From positions 608,001-672,000 of the forward strand of contig CAVYIM010000004.1 in the NCBI GenBank assembly GCA_963768655.1: a stretch of DNA of 64,000 bases. Reading direction: 5' to 3'. Position 1 is the first letter of the stretch; each line of letters begins with the position of its first letter. Origin of the DNA: an uncultured Chloroflexia bacterium (GTDB taxonomy: Bacteria; Chloroflexota; Limnocylindria; Limnocylindrales; CSP1-4). The position numbers and the translations under genes are program-made. Shown piece after piece: positions 9,498-18,156 of this stretch. The notes under the pieces are model-generated. The model made no database searches and was not told where the DNA came from. It saw only the letters and a list, made by a program, of their open reading frames with translations.

Positions 9498-9983
9498 CTA
9501 CAGCTCAGTGACCGAGGACAGACTCTTGATGAGAAATCGGCCGTCGGCGACCTCAAGTTGAACCGTCCGACCGACATTTCCTCCGAGCGCGGTGGCGGTC
9601 AGACTCAGGCCCCAGCTGCTGAGGCCCGCCTGCACCGCCTCGGCGTTGCGCTTGCCGATGGCCAGGCCGCCGCCCACAGTGAGCATCGCCGCCGCCCCCG
9701 CCGCCTTGAGCATGCTGCGATTCAGGACCGCGCCCCTGGCCTCGAGCGCATGCAGGAACGTGTCCAGGCCGGGGTCGATGAACTTGACCGGGCTTCGGTT
9801 GTTGGCCGGTCCGCTCGGCAGCATGAAGTGGGCCAGTCCGCCGACCTTCACTCGCGGATCCCAGACGGCCAGGGCGATGCACGAACCGAGGCCGTAGGCG
9901 ACCAGATGGGTGTCGGGGCTCGAGCTCAGGACCATCTCCCCGATGCCGGCCACGAGGAGGCTCGGGCTTTCGGTCAGGGTCAT
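9498..9983 (-). CDS. cheD: Receptor glutamine deamidase CheD
   Basis: GLGSCIAL...GGLAHFMLP (catalytic Cys/His), IGKRN and GGNVGRTV motifs. Confidence 0.93.
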   Translation of the reverse strand: MTLTESPSLLVAGIGEMVLSSSPDTHLVAYGLGSCIALAVWDPRVKVGGLAHFMLPSGPANNRSPVKFIDPGLDTFLHALEARGAVLNRSMLKAAGAAAMLTVGGGLAIGKRNAEAVQAGLSSWGLSLTATALGGNVGRTVQLEVADGRFLIKSLSSVTEL

Positions 9984-10624
9984 ATACCGATGGCCCCGAG
10001 AGCATCCAGGAGAACGCGGAGACTCTCGGAGCGCGGCAGGACGAACAGGGTTCCGTCGATGGCCCGGCCACCTTCGCTGAACGTCGTCCTGGCGGCGAGA
10101 ACCTGGTCGGCATCGCTCACGAGGTCGAGCAGCACCGCATCGAGCACGGCCCCCGCCATCTCGATCACGATCTGGGGCGGAGTGGGTTGGACGGGCTCGT
10201 GCAGGTGCATCCCGAGCTCGTTCAGGAAAGCCGAGATCGTCACGTTGCCGGCCTCCTGCAAGGCCGACAGCTCGAGCTCGTCGTAGCTCAGCGGATCCGT
10301 GGTCGACTCCATCGGCAACTCGCCGGGTCCCAGCAGGCCGGCCAGCAGGATCTGGGCCAGGCGGTGGGCGTCGGACGGGGAAAAGAGCAGCAGCGCGTGG
10401 CCCCGCAACGACCCGAAGATTCCGACGTACACGGCCAGGACGATCGACTCCGGGCCGCCGGCCATGACCAGGACGTCCGCCGCGCTGCAACGCTGCAGCA
10501 CCGGCGTCTGGACCTCGATGACCTGGCCGCTCATGGAGCCGAGGGCCTCGCCGGCGCGCTTCATGGCGCGGCCGAAGGTGCCCGCGACTACGTTCTGACC
10601 GGCCTCCGACAGAGTGAGCGTCAT
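9980..10624 (-). CDS. cheC: CheY-P phosphatase CheC
   Basis: LSALQEAGNVTISAFLNEL and PTPPQIVIEMAGAVL motifs. Overlaps the cheD start. Confidence 0.88.
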   Translation of the reverse strand: MTLTLSEAGQNVVAGTFGRAMKRAGEALGSMSGQVIEVQTPVLQRCSAADVLVMAGGPESIVLAVYVGIFGSLRGHALLLFSPSDAHRLAQILLAGLLGPGELPMESTTDPLSYDELELSALQEAGNVTISAFLNELGMHLHEPVQPTPPQIVIEMAGAVLDAVLLDLVSDADQVLAARTTFSEGGRAIDGTLFVLPRSESLRVLLDALGAIGI

Positions 10625-10719
10625 GTGTTCCGATTCCTTGGCCCGGTTTGCGGGTACCACCACCGTCGATCTCGGCGCCGCTCGCCGCGGCGGGCAGGAC
10701 CGCTGGCGGTCCTGTCGGG

Positions 10720-10747
10720 GAATCGGTCGCGACAGCGTCCGACTTGA
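10720..10747 (-). promoter_or_regulatory. sigma28-like promoter of the che operon
   Basis: TCAA-N16-ACCGATTC upstream of cheC. Confidence 0.55.
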
Positions 10748-10898
10748 ACGCGGGGCCGGCGCCTGCGTGCCCCGCGAACGGCCGAGACCACCGGTTCTCG
10801 GGCATGGGATTCGCCCCGCCCTCGGTAACGCGCAAGGTCTGCGCTGGGCAGAGCGATACGAGAGGGTCGGGGCTGGAAGGCGGCTGAGTCGCGCCGGC

Positions 10899-11201
10899 CT
10901 AGAGCCGGTATCGGCCCATCGTTTCCATCATCTGAGAGACCGACCGCGGCGGGATCACGCGCAACACTTGACCATTGCCGTCAACCACCGTCACCTGGAG
11001 CTGCTTGCTCTTGGGATCGATCTGGAAGACGGCGTACGCCTCGGTCAGCCCATCCGGACCCTTGAAAGACACGTCGGGACCGGCCTGCTTGGCGAAGCGG
11101 TCACGCTGCGGGGCCACCTGAGTGGGGGCCAGCTGCGATACCACCGCCGGTGCGGTGCCGGTGGCGACGAGTGCCGTTGGGAGCAGATCGTTGGTTGCCA
11201 T
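10899..11201 (-). CDS. flaG: FlaG-family flagellar protein
   Basis: C-terminal FQIDPKSKQLQVTVVDGNGQVLRVIPP matches the FlaG signature (V.VVD..TGEVIRQIPP). Confidence 0.7.
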   Translation of the reverse strand: MATNDLLPTALVATGTAPAVVSQLAPTQVAPQRDRFAKQAGPDVSFKGPDGLTEAYAVFQIDPKSKQLQVTVVDGNGQVLRVIPPRSVSQMMETMGRYRL

Positions 11202-11214
11202 CTGAGTAACGTAG

Positions 11215-11241
11215 GAATCGGGCGCGGCCACCCGGACTTGA
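11215..11241 (-). promoter_or_regulatory. sigma28-like promoter of flaG
   Basis: TCAA-N15-CCCGATTC, 13 nt upstream of ATG 11201. Confidence 0.55.
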
Positions 11242-11319
11242 CCGTTTAGGGGCGATCCCTAGCACCCAGGGGCGTTATTCCGTTGACTTGCGCCAACACG
11301 TGGATCCGCGCCGTCACGC

Positions 11320-11991
11320 TCAGGTAGGGTTTTCCAGTAGGCCCAGCTTGAGGGCCATGATGGCCGCCTGGGTCCGATCGGCCGCGCGCAGCTTCCAGAT
11401 GATGTTCTGGACGTGCTTCTTGACCGTATCCTCGGTGATCGAGAGCTTGCCTCCGATCTCCTTGTTCGTCAGCCCTTCGGCGACGAGGAGCAGCACGTCG
11501 TGCTCGCGGGGAGTGAGGGCGTATTGCTCGGCTCGCTGGCGGGCGGTATCCCCGGCAGGGGGTGTCTCCTCACGGGTGGCGAGAGCTTCTCGCAGGAGCT
11601 GCGGCTCCACCGCCAGCTGACCGTTGGAGACGTTGTGCAGAGTCTGGATCACCTCGGCCGTGGTCGCGTCCTTCAGGAGGTAGCCGGCCGCCCCGCGACG
11701 GATCGCCTCCAGGACGTAGCGGCGATCGTCGTACAGGGTAACGATCACGACGGCGATGCGAGGATGGCGCGCCTTGAGCCGCTCCAGGCAGGCCAGGCCG
11801 TCGATGCCCGGCATGCGAATGTCCAGCAGGACCATGTTGGGCTCGAGCTCCTCGGCGAGCTTCAAGCCGGTCTCGCATGAATCGCCCTCACCGACGACGT
11901 CGATCCAGTCGGCCGCGGAAAGCATCGCACGGAGGCCGCGGCGAGCCATCTCGTGGTCGTCGATGAGCAGTACGCGTGCGCGCTCGTTCAC
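11320..11991 (-). CDS. NarL/LuxR-family response regulator (DegU-like)
   Basis: Receiver domain plus the LTPREHDVLLLVAEGLTNKEIGGKLSITEDTVKKH HTH. Confidence 0.93.
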   Translation of the reverse strand: MNERARVLLIDDHEMARRGLRAMLSAADWIDVVGEGDSCETGLKLAEELEPNMVLLDIRMPGIDGLACLERLKARHPRIAVVIVTLYDDRRYVLEAIRRGAAGYLLKDATTAEVIQTLHNVSNGQLAVEPQLLREALATREETPPAGDTARQRAEQYALTPREHDVLLLVAEGLTNKEIGGKLSITEDTVKKHVQNIIWKLRAADRTQAAIMALKLGLLENPT

Positions 11992-13442
11992 GGCTTACCA
12001 TCTCCGTTCCGTCCTGTTGGGGCAGGGTCGCCGCCCGCTGCAGCGTAGCCTGCCCGAGTCCCGGTGTGTCGAGCTATTGGAATCGAGATCCGGACTAGCG
12101 TACCCGAGCCGATGACGCTCCGGACGTACGCCGCGCCACCGAGCCAGCGCGACTGCCTGGTGATGCCCAACAGCCCCAGGCCTCCGCCGGCGCGGCGGCG
12201 CTCCGCCGCGGCCGGGTCGAAGCCATTGCCGTCGTCCTGGATCGTCAGGACCGCCCGGTCTTTCGCCGCCCGCAGCTCGACCCGGACGGTCGTCGCATGG
12301 GAGTGGCGGACGGCGTTGGTCAGGGCCTCGGTCGTCATGCCGTACAGCGCCTGCTCCACCCAGTCGTCGAGCCGGGGCAGCTCGCCCTCCAGCGACATGT
12401 CGATCCCCGACTCGGCCGTGAGCGCCTTCATCCGGCTGCGGATGGCGTGGGCGAGCCCGAGTTCCTCCAGGCCGGGCGGCATCAGGTCGGCCAGCACCGC
12501 CCTGACCTCCTGGATCGCCGTCACCAGCCGGTCGGAGGCCGACTCCAGGTACTCGTCCACCGACTCGCCGGGGTGGCTCTGAGCGTAGGCCCGCGCCGCG
12601 TCCAGGAACCGAAAGGCGCTGACCATCGATTGGGCGGCCGTGTCGTGGATCTGGTGAGCGATCCTGGCTCGTTCGAGGTCGCTCGCCTGCAGTGTCTGCC
12701 GGGCGAGCCGGTCGAGCCGGCGCTGATTCCGCTCGAGCTCGCGGCGCTGGCGCTGGGAGTCGCGGTACAGCTCGTAGAACTCCTCGCTCGTTGCGACCAT
12801 CTGTGCCAGCGCGGCGGTGGCGGTCCGGCGCCGGTCTGAGCCACGGGTGCGCTGCTGGATCTGCCACTCGAAGAGTCGGCCGGGATCGCGCAACGCTCGG
12901 GCCGCGGCCAGGGCCGCCCGGCCGTTCGGGGGCGGCGCCTGCCGGGCGGCCCGGCGGAGGGCGCCGGGCGACACACGGGTCCGATCGGAGACCGCGGCCG
13001 CGTCGTGCGGGCTGGGCGGCCCGACACGCAGGACCGCGGCCGTGGTCCGCGAGCCGCGGGGCGCCGGGAAGCCGAGCAGCCGCCCGCCCGCTCGGCATGC
13101 CCCGTGAGCGGCCCGGCCGGTGGCGAGGACCCGCGCTGCCAGGTCCTCGGGGCAGCGCCGGCAGAACTGCAGGCCAACGTCCGTCGAGCAGATCGTGGCG
13201 CAGAAGGGTTCGCCGTCCTCCCAGCCGGATACGAGGGCCACTTCCGCGGAGGCCGCTGCCGCAAACGGTCGGGAACGCTCGGCGGAGGGGGAATCGAAGG
13301 CGGTGATCGCGGATGGCGACCAGGGTCCGACGGTCGGGTCCGGGCGCAGGTCGGTCACGATGTCGTCCCATCGATTCGCGTCGTCGACCCGGGCCCAGAG
13401 CTCGGCTCCGGCCAGGTGGCGCGCCACGCTCCGCTCTTCCAT
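11988..13442 (-). CDS. Cytoplasmic HisKA_3 sensor kinase with N-terminal PocR-like domain
   Basis: ERARIAHQIHD H-box and EALTNAVRHS/DDGNGF/GLGLLG ATPase. N-terminal FCATICSTDVGLQFCRRC...ACRAGGRLLGFP resembles PocR. No TM segments. TACACT 8 nt before the ATG suggests a leaderless transcript. Confidence 0.85.
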   Translation of the reverse strand: MEERSVARHLAGAELWARVDDANRWDDIVTDLRPDPTVGPWSPSAITAFDSPSAERSRPFAAAASAEVALVSGWEDGEPFCATICSTDVGLQFCRRCPEDLAARVLATGRAAHGACRAGGRLLGFPAPRGSRTTAAVLRVGPPSPHDAAAVSDRTRVSPGALRRAARQAPPPNGRAALAAARALRDPGRLFEWQIQQRTRGSDRRRTATAALAQMVATSEEFYELYRDSQRQRRELERNQRRLDRLARQTLQASDLERARIAHQIHDTAAQSMVSAFRFLDAARAYAQSHPGESVDEYLESASDRLVTAIQEVRAVLADLMPPGLEELGLAHAIRSRMKALTAESGIDMSLEGELPRLDDWVEQALYGMTTEALTNAVRHSHATTVRVELRAAKDRAVLTIQDDGNGFDPAAAERRRAGGGLGLLGITRQSRWLGGAAYVRSVIGSGTLVRISIPIARHTGTRAGYAAAGGDPAPTGRNGDGKP

Positions 13443-13780
13443 CGTGACGTCAGTGTATGGCGGCGGCAGCCCCAACGGGCATGGTGGGCGCAGCGGCGTA
13501 GGCAGCGGCGGTCGAGCCGGGCCAGGGCACCGTCGAGCCAGTCCGACCGGGGCCGGGCAACTGCACGAGGGCGACCGGGCAAGGTGAGGGGCCCGATCGG
13601 AGGGTCCAATCGGGGGAGTCCGCCCAGCGGCCGGGCGGCATTACCAATGGTCGGAGGGTCCCAGGGCGGACCCTGATACCGGCCGCCCCCCGGCCAGCCG
13701 AAGATGCGGGCGGTTCCGACGAAGGTCCAGCTGGGCAGATGCCCGGGTTGGGTCAGCCGAGAAGCCGAGGAAGCAGCCTC

Positions 13781-14197
13781 ATGAGCGTCTTCGACACCAT
13801 TCGCATCGCCGCCTCGGGGCTTACGGCCGAGCGGCTTCGCATGGACGTCGCCGCCAGCAACCTGGCCAACGCCCAGTCCACTCACAGCCAGGCCGACCCC
13901 ACGCAGCCATACCAGGACGAGGCGGTGGTCTTCCAGGCCCAGCAGATGGGCCCCGAGCCGGCGGCCCAGGGCGTGTCCGCGATCGCCATCCTCAATCCGA
14001 CCCGGCCCGACGTCCGCGTCTACGACCCGGGCAACCCCGATGCGGACGCCACGGGCTTCGTCACGTACCCCAACGTGGACGTCTCGTCGGAGATGACCGA
14101 CATCATGGGCGCGGCTCGCTCCTACCAGGTCGACGCGACGGTGGCCCAGGCCGCCAAGCAGCAGGCCCTCGACGCACTCGACCTCGGAAAGGCGTAG
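13781..14197 (+). CDS. flgC: Flagellar basal-body rod protein FlgC
   Basis: IAASGLTAERLRMDVAASNLANA and YDPGNPDADATGFVTYPNVD motifs. Confidence 0.96.
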   Translation: MSVFDTIRIAASGLTAERLRMDVAASNLANAQSTHSQADPTQPYQDEAVVFQAQQMGPEPAAQGVSAIAILNPTRPDVRVYDPGNPDADATGFVTYPNVDVSSEMTDIMGAARSYQVDATVAQAAKQQALDALDLGKA

Positions 14198-14204
14198 GCA
14201 CGAG

Positions 14205-14585
14205 ATGAACGCCATCTCTCCAATCTCGTCCATCTCCGCCATCACGGGCACTTCCGGCGCCGGCTCCATCGGGTCGCTCTCGGGCACGAGCTCCATCGCC
14301 GGCACCAGCTCGATCGGCGGCAGCGACACCGTCGACGGCACCGCCGGAGGAACTCAGGCGCCGGGGGACTCGTTCCTCAACTCGCTGAGCGACGCCTTCG
14401 GGAGCCTGAACACGCAGCTGAATTCCGCCGACGCGGCGGTGGCCAACTTCGCGGCGGGCGGCTCGGCGGATCTCCACACCGTGATGCTCCAGATGGAGGA
14501 GGCCTCCATCAGCCTGAAGGCGGCGACCGACGTCCAGTCGAAGCTGGTCGAGGCCTACCAGGACATCATGCGGACGCAGGTTTGA
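14205..14585 (+). CDS. fliE: Flagellar hook-basal body protein FliE
   Basis: DLHTVMLQMEEASISL...KLVEAYQDIMRTQV C-terminus. Confidence 0.93.
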   Translation: MNAISPISSISAITGTSGAGSIGSLSGTSSIAGTSSIGGSDTVDGTAGGTQAPGDSFLNSLSDAFGSLNTQLNSADAAVANFAAGGSADLHTVMLQMEEASISLKAATDVQSKLVEAYQDIMRTQV

Positions 14586-14598
14586 GGGTGGCCGATCT

Positions 14599-16371
14599 AT
14601 GAACGACCAGGTCCAGTCGATCCTCAAGCAACTCTCGATCACTCAACGAATCGGGATCATCTTCGCCGCCCTCGGCTCGGTCGCGGCGATCGCCGTCCTG
14701 GTGATGTTCGCCAGCAAGCCCGACTACACGCCGGCCTTCACCAACCTCTCGGCCACCGACGCCGGCTCGATCGAGAGCGCTCTCCGCGGGGCGAACATTC
14801 CCTACGAGGTCTCCGATGCGGGCGCCACGATCATGGTCCCCGTCGATTCACTCGGGGATGCGAAGATCGCGGCCGCGGGCGCGGGTGTCACCACCGGTAC
14901 CAACGACACTCAGGGCTTCAATCTCTTCGACAACCAGCAGTTCGGCGAGTCGGAGTTCGACCAGCAGGTCACGTACCAGCGGGCGATCGAGGGCCAGCTG
15001 ACGCAGACCATCCAGGCAATGCAGGGCGTCGCGAGCGCCCGCGTCGCCGTCGTGATGGCTCAGACAGGCGTCCTCACCACCGAGGACACGCCCGCCAGCG
15101 CCTCCGTCGTCCTGACCATGTCCAACGGCAGCGCGCCTTCGAGTGGACTCGTTCAGGCCATCGTGAACACCGTCGCCGGCTCCGTCTCCGGGCTGTCGGC
15201 GGACAACGTCGTCGTGACCGACAACGCCGGCCACGTCCTTGCGGGCGCGGCCGACTCGGCCGATACGGCGGCAGCCCAGGCCAAGGATCTGATCGAGCAA
15301 CAGACCCAGGCCAAGATCGCGGCTCTCCTCGACGCCGCGCTGGGGCCGGGCCACGCGGCCGTCGCGGTCTCCGCCGACGTCGATACGAGCAAGGTCGAGG
15401 CGGACATCACGACCTACGCGCCGGCCGGCAGCGACCCGCCGGTAAGCATCAGCAACAGCTACGAGATGTACGGCCCGGGTTCATCCACGGGCGCCTGCGG
15501 CATCCCCGGCTCCGACTCCAACGTGGTCGGCCTTTCCTCCTACCCGGGTGTTTGCAGCGACACCTCGGCCACCACAACGGCCGCGCCGAGCGCCTCGCCG
15601 ACGGCCACCGCGTCGAGCTCGCCGAGCGCATCGCCGAGTGCTTCTCCGAGCGCTTCGCCGACGGCCGCAGCTTCGAGCTCGCCGGGGGCTTCGCCCTCGC
15701 CGGCGGCCGGGACGACCTCTAACAGTGGCTACATCCAGCAGACGACGACGATCAACTACAGCGTCTCTCAGACCGTCCAGCACATCGTCACCGAGCCCGG
15801 TGTCGTGCAGCGTCTTTCGGTCGCCGTTCTCGTGGACCAGGCCGCGTTGGGCACGCTCAATACCGATACGCTCAAGAACAGCATTTCGGCCGCCATCGGT
15901 GCCGACCCGTCCCGCGGCGACGTCGTCGCGGTGGATGCCGTCGCGTTCGCCGCGCAGCCTTCCTCGGCCACGACCACGGCCGCGTCAGCCGCAGCCGCGG
16001 CCGCTGCCGCGGGCGCTCCGGACGTGGTGAAGTCCGTTGGCGACATGAGCGGCACGATCCTGGGGGCCGCCTTCGCCCTCATCATGCTCCTCCTCTTCTG
16101 GATCAACGCCCGCGCCCTCGGACGGCGCGCCGACGACACGGTCATGGATCTCGGCCCGGCTCCGGCCGGCAACGCGAACTACCTCCCGGCTCCCGCGCGG
16201 TCGAACGCGCCGGCGATCGGCGCCCCCGAGGCTCCGCCGGCGGAGATGCCGGGCGCCACCCCACAGGCCCGCATCCAGGAGCGCCTTCGGATGGTCGCCG
16301 ACGAGCGCCCGGACGCCCTGGTCGGTCTGATGCACGGCTGGCTGCGTGAAGAGGAACGCCGTAACCGATGA
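14599..16371 (+). CDS. fliF: Flagellar MS-ring protein FliF
   Basis: N-terminal TM, GFNLFDNQQFGESEFDQQVTYQRAIEGQL, ASASVVL, RLSVAVLVD, second TM, C-terminal LMHGWL. Confidence 0.95.
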   Translation: MNDQVQSILKQLSITQRIGIIFAALGSVAAIAVLVMFASKPDYTPAFTNLSATDAGSIESALRGANIPYEVSDAGATIMVPVDSLGDAKIAAAGAGVTTGTNDTQGFNLFDNQQFGESEFDQQVTYQRAIEGQLTQTIQAMQGVASARVAVVMAQTGVLTTEDTPASASVVLTMSNGSAPSSGLVQAIVNTVAGSVSGLSADNVVVTDNAGHVLAGAADSADTAAAQAKDLIEQQTQAKIAALLDAALGPGHAAVAVSADVDTSKVEADITTYAPAGSDPPVSISNSYEMYGPGSSTGACGIPGSDSNVVGLSSYPGVCSDTSATTTAAPSASPTATASSSPSASPSASPSASPTAAASSSPGASPSPAAGTTSNSGYIQQTTTINYSVSQTVQHIVTEPGVVQRLSVAVLVDQAALGTLNTDTLKNSISAAIGADPSRGDVVAVDAVAFAAQPSSATTTAASAAAAAAAAGAPDVVKSVGDMSGTILGAAFALIMLLLFWINARALGRRADDTVMDLGPAPAGNANYLPAPARSNAPAIGAPEAPPAEMPGATPQARIQERLRMVADERPDALVGLMHGWLREEERRNR

Positions 16372-17384
16372 GCCCCGAAGCAGCGTCAATCGCTCTCTCC
16401 GGACCACGCAAGGCTGCCGCGCTGTTGATCACGCTCGGCACCGAGGCGTCGGCCAAGCTGCTTGCCCGCCTGCCGCCCGAGGCGATCGATCGGGTCGCTC
16501 TCGAGCTGATGCGAATGCCCGCCGTCGACTCGCTTACGCGCGACGCAATTCTCGAGGAGGCCTATGCCGGCCTCTTCGCCCACGCCGGCGTCCTGCCCGG
16601 CGGCGAGAACTACGCCCTCGAGCTGTTCGGCCAGGCATTTGGCTCGGGCAAGGCCCACGAACTGCTGGATCGAGTTCACCAGGCCCAGCAGATCATCCCG
16701 TTCGACTTCATCCGGGACCTCGATCCCGTGCAGGCCGCCGGGTTGCTCTCCGACGAGCATCCCCAGACCGTCGCCATCGTCCTGGCCCACATCGATCCCC
16801 GCGCCGCCGCCCGCATCCTGACCCAGTTCGAGGCGCCGATCCAGGTCGAGGTCGCCAAGCGCATCGCGCTCACGGAGCAGATCACGCCTGAGGCCGTCGA
16901 GATCGTGGAGGACGGCCTGCGCCACAAGCTCTCGTCCGTCGTCACCGACGTCACTTCCATCGGCGGGACGCGGCCGCTGGCCCACGTCCTCAACCAGGTC
17001 GGCCGAACCAATGAGCGGCTCATCCTGACCGCCCTGTCCGAGCAGGACTCCCAGCTGGCCGACGAAGTCCGCCGCTTCATGTTCGTCTTCGACGACATGG
17101 TTCTCCTCGACGACCGGGCCATGCAGCGTGTCATCCGGGAGCTCGACGCCAAGGACATGGCGCTGGCGCTGCGGCCGGCGACGGAGCAGCTGCGCCTCAA
17201 GTTCTTCAACAACATGTCCCAGCGCGCAGCCGACATGCTGCGCGAGGAGATGAGCCTGGCCGGCCAGGTCCGCATGAAGGCCGTCGAGGAAGCGCAGCAG
17301 CGGATCATCGACACGGTAAAGAAGCTCGAGGACTCGGACGAGATCGCCATCAACCGCGGAGGCACCGAAGATGCCTTCGTCTAG
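16368..17384 (+). CDS. fliG: Flagellar motor switch protein FliG
   Basis: KAAALLITLG, EHPQTVAIVL, MFVFDD and NMSQRAA motifs. Confidence 0.97.
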   Translation: MSPEAASIALSGPRKAAALLITLGTEASAKLLARLPPEAIDRVALELMRMPAVDSLTRDAILEEAYAGLFAHAGVLPGGENYALELFGQAFGSGKAHELLDRVHQAQQIIPFDFIRDLDPVQAAGLLSDEHPQTVAIVLAHIDPRAAARILTQFEAPIQVEVAKRIALTEQITPEAVEIVEDGLRHKLSSVVTDVTSIGGTRPLAHVLNQVGRTNERLILTALSEQDSQLADEVRRFMFVFDDMVLLDDRAMQRVIRELDAKDMALALRPATEQLRLKFFNNMSQRAADMLREEMSLAGQVRMKAVEEAQQRIIDTVKKLEDSDEIAINRGGTEDAFV

Positions 17385-18156
17385 CTGGCGCCTGATTCGA
17401 GATTCCCCGGATGACGGTGCGACCAACGGGTCGGGGCCCGCCGTTTCGGTGTCGGCTCCGGCTCCGGCGTCTGTGGCCGAGATGGCCGGCAAAGGACGGG
17501 GCGTGCTGCGGGGTACGAACAAGGCTCCATCTCGCAGATCCCCTTCATCGAGCGGCACGGCGGCCGTGGCAGGCGGCGCGGCGCCCGTCAGCGCCAACCC
17601 CGAGGCCGAGGCCATCGCGGAGGAGATCCGCCGCGCCGAGCGCGCGGCCGAGGAGCGCGGCTATCAGGCCGGCATCAACCGCGCCGAGTCCGAGCTGCGC
17701 GCTTCCGTCGACGCGGCCGGCGCGCTGGTAGAGCGGATCTCGAGCATCGCCCCGGAGCGGACATCGGAGATCGCCCACGCCATAGCGGAGCTCGCCCTGT
17801 CGGTGGCGAAGCGTGTCGTGCAGCATGAGGTCCGGCTCGAGCCGAGCCTGCTGTGCGCCGCCCTCGAGGCCGCCGTCAGCACCATCAACGGATCGCCCGA
17901 GGCGCACGTCCTTCTCAATCCGGCGGCGGTGGAGCCGGTTCATCAGGCCTGGGAGGCACTCCACGGCCGGGCATACCTGGGCAAGAAGTGGACCTTCGAG
18001 GGCGACCCGACGCTGCCCGTGGGCGGCTGCACCCTCCGCTACGAACACGGTTTCGTGGAGGCCGGCCTGGAGGCGCAGCTCGAGGAGATCGGCATCGCCC
18101 TCGATCGGGCCATTCCCAACCTGTCCCGCAGCGCCGTCGAGGAGGAGGTCGCATGA
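17371..18156 (+). CDS. fliH: Flagellar assembly protein FliH
   Basis: AEERGYQAG repeat, DPTLPVGGC motif, and position between fliG and fliI. Confidence 0.85.
   Translation: MPSSSWRLIRDSPDDGATNGSGPAVSVSAPAPASVAEMAGKGRGVLRGTNKAPSRRSPSSSGTAAVAGGAAPVSANPEAEAIAEEIRRAERAAEERGYQAGINRAESELRASVDAAGALVERISSIAPERTSEIAHAIAELALSVAKRVVQHEVRLEPSLLCAALEAAVSTINGSPEAHVLLNPAAVEPVHQAWEALHGRAYLGKKWTFEGDPTLPVGGCTLRYEHGFVEAGLEAQLEEIGIALDRAIPNLSRSAVEEEVA

Noticed and set aside
9553-9578. sigma28-like TCAA...ACCGACAT on the plus strand
   Set aside because: 14-nt spacer, antisense inside cheD; probably chance.
2470-13780. c-di-GMP-I riboswitch in motility intergenic regions
   Set aside because: No GGCAAA...GAAA...GACGCAAAGC-type core was found by eye. 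An Rfam scan would be needed to exclude it fully.
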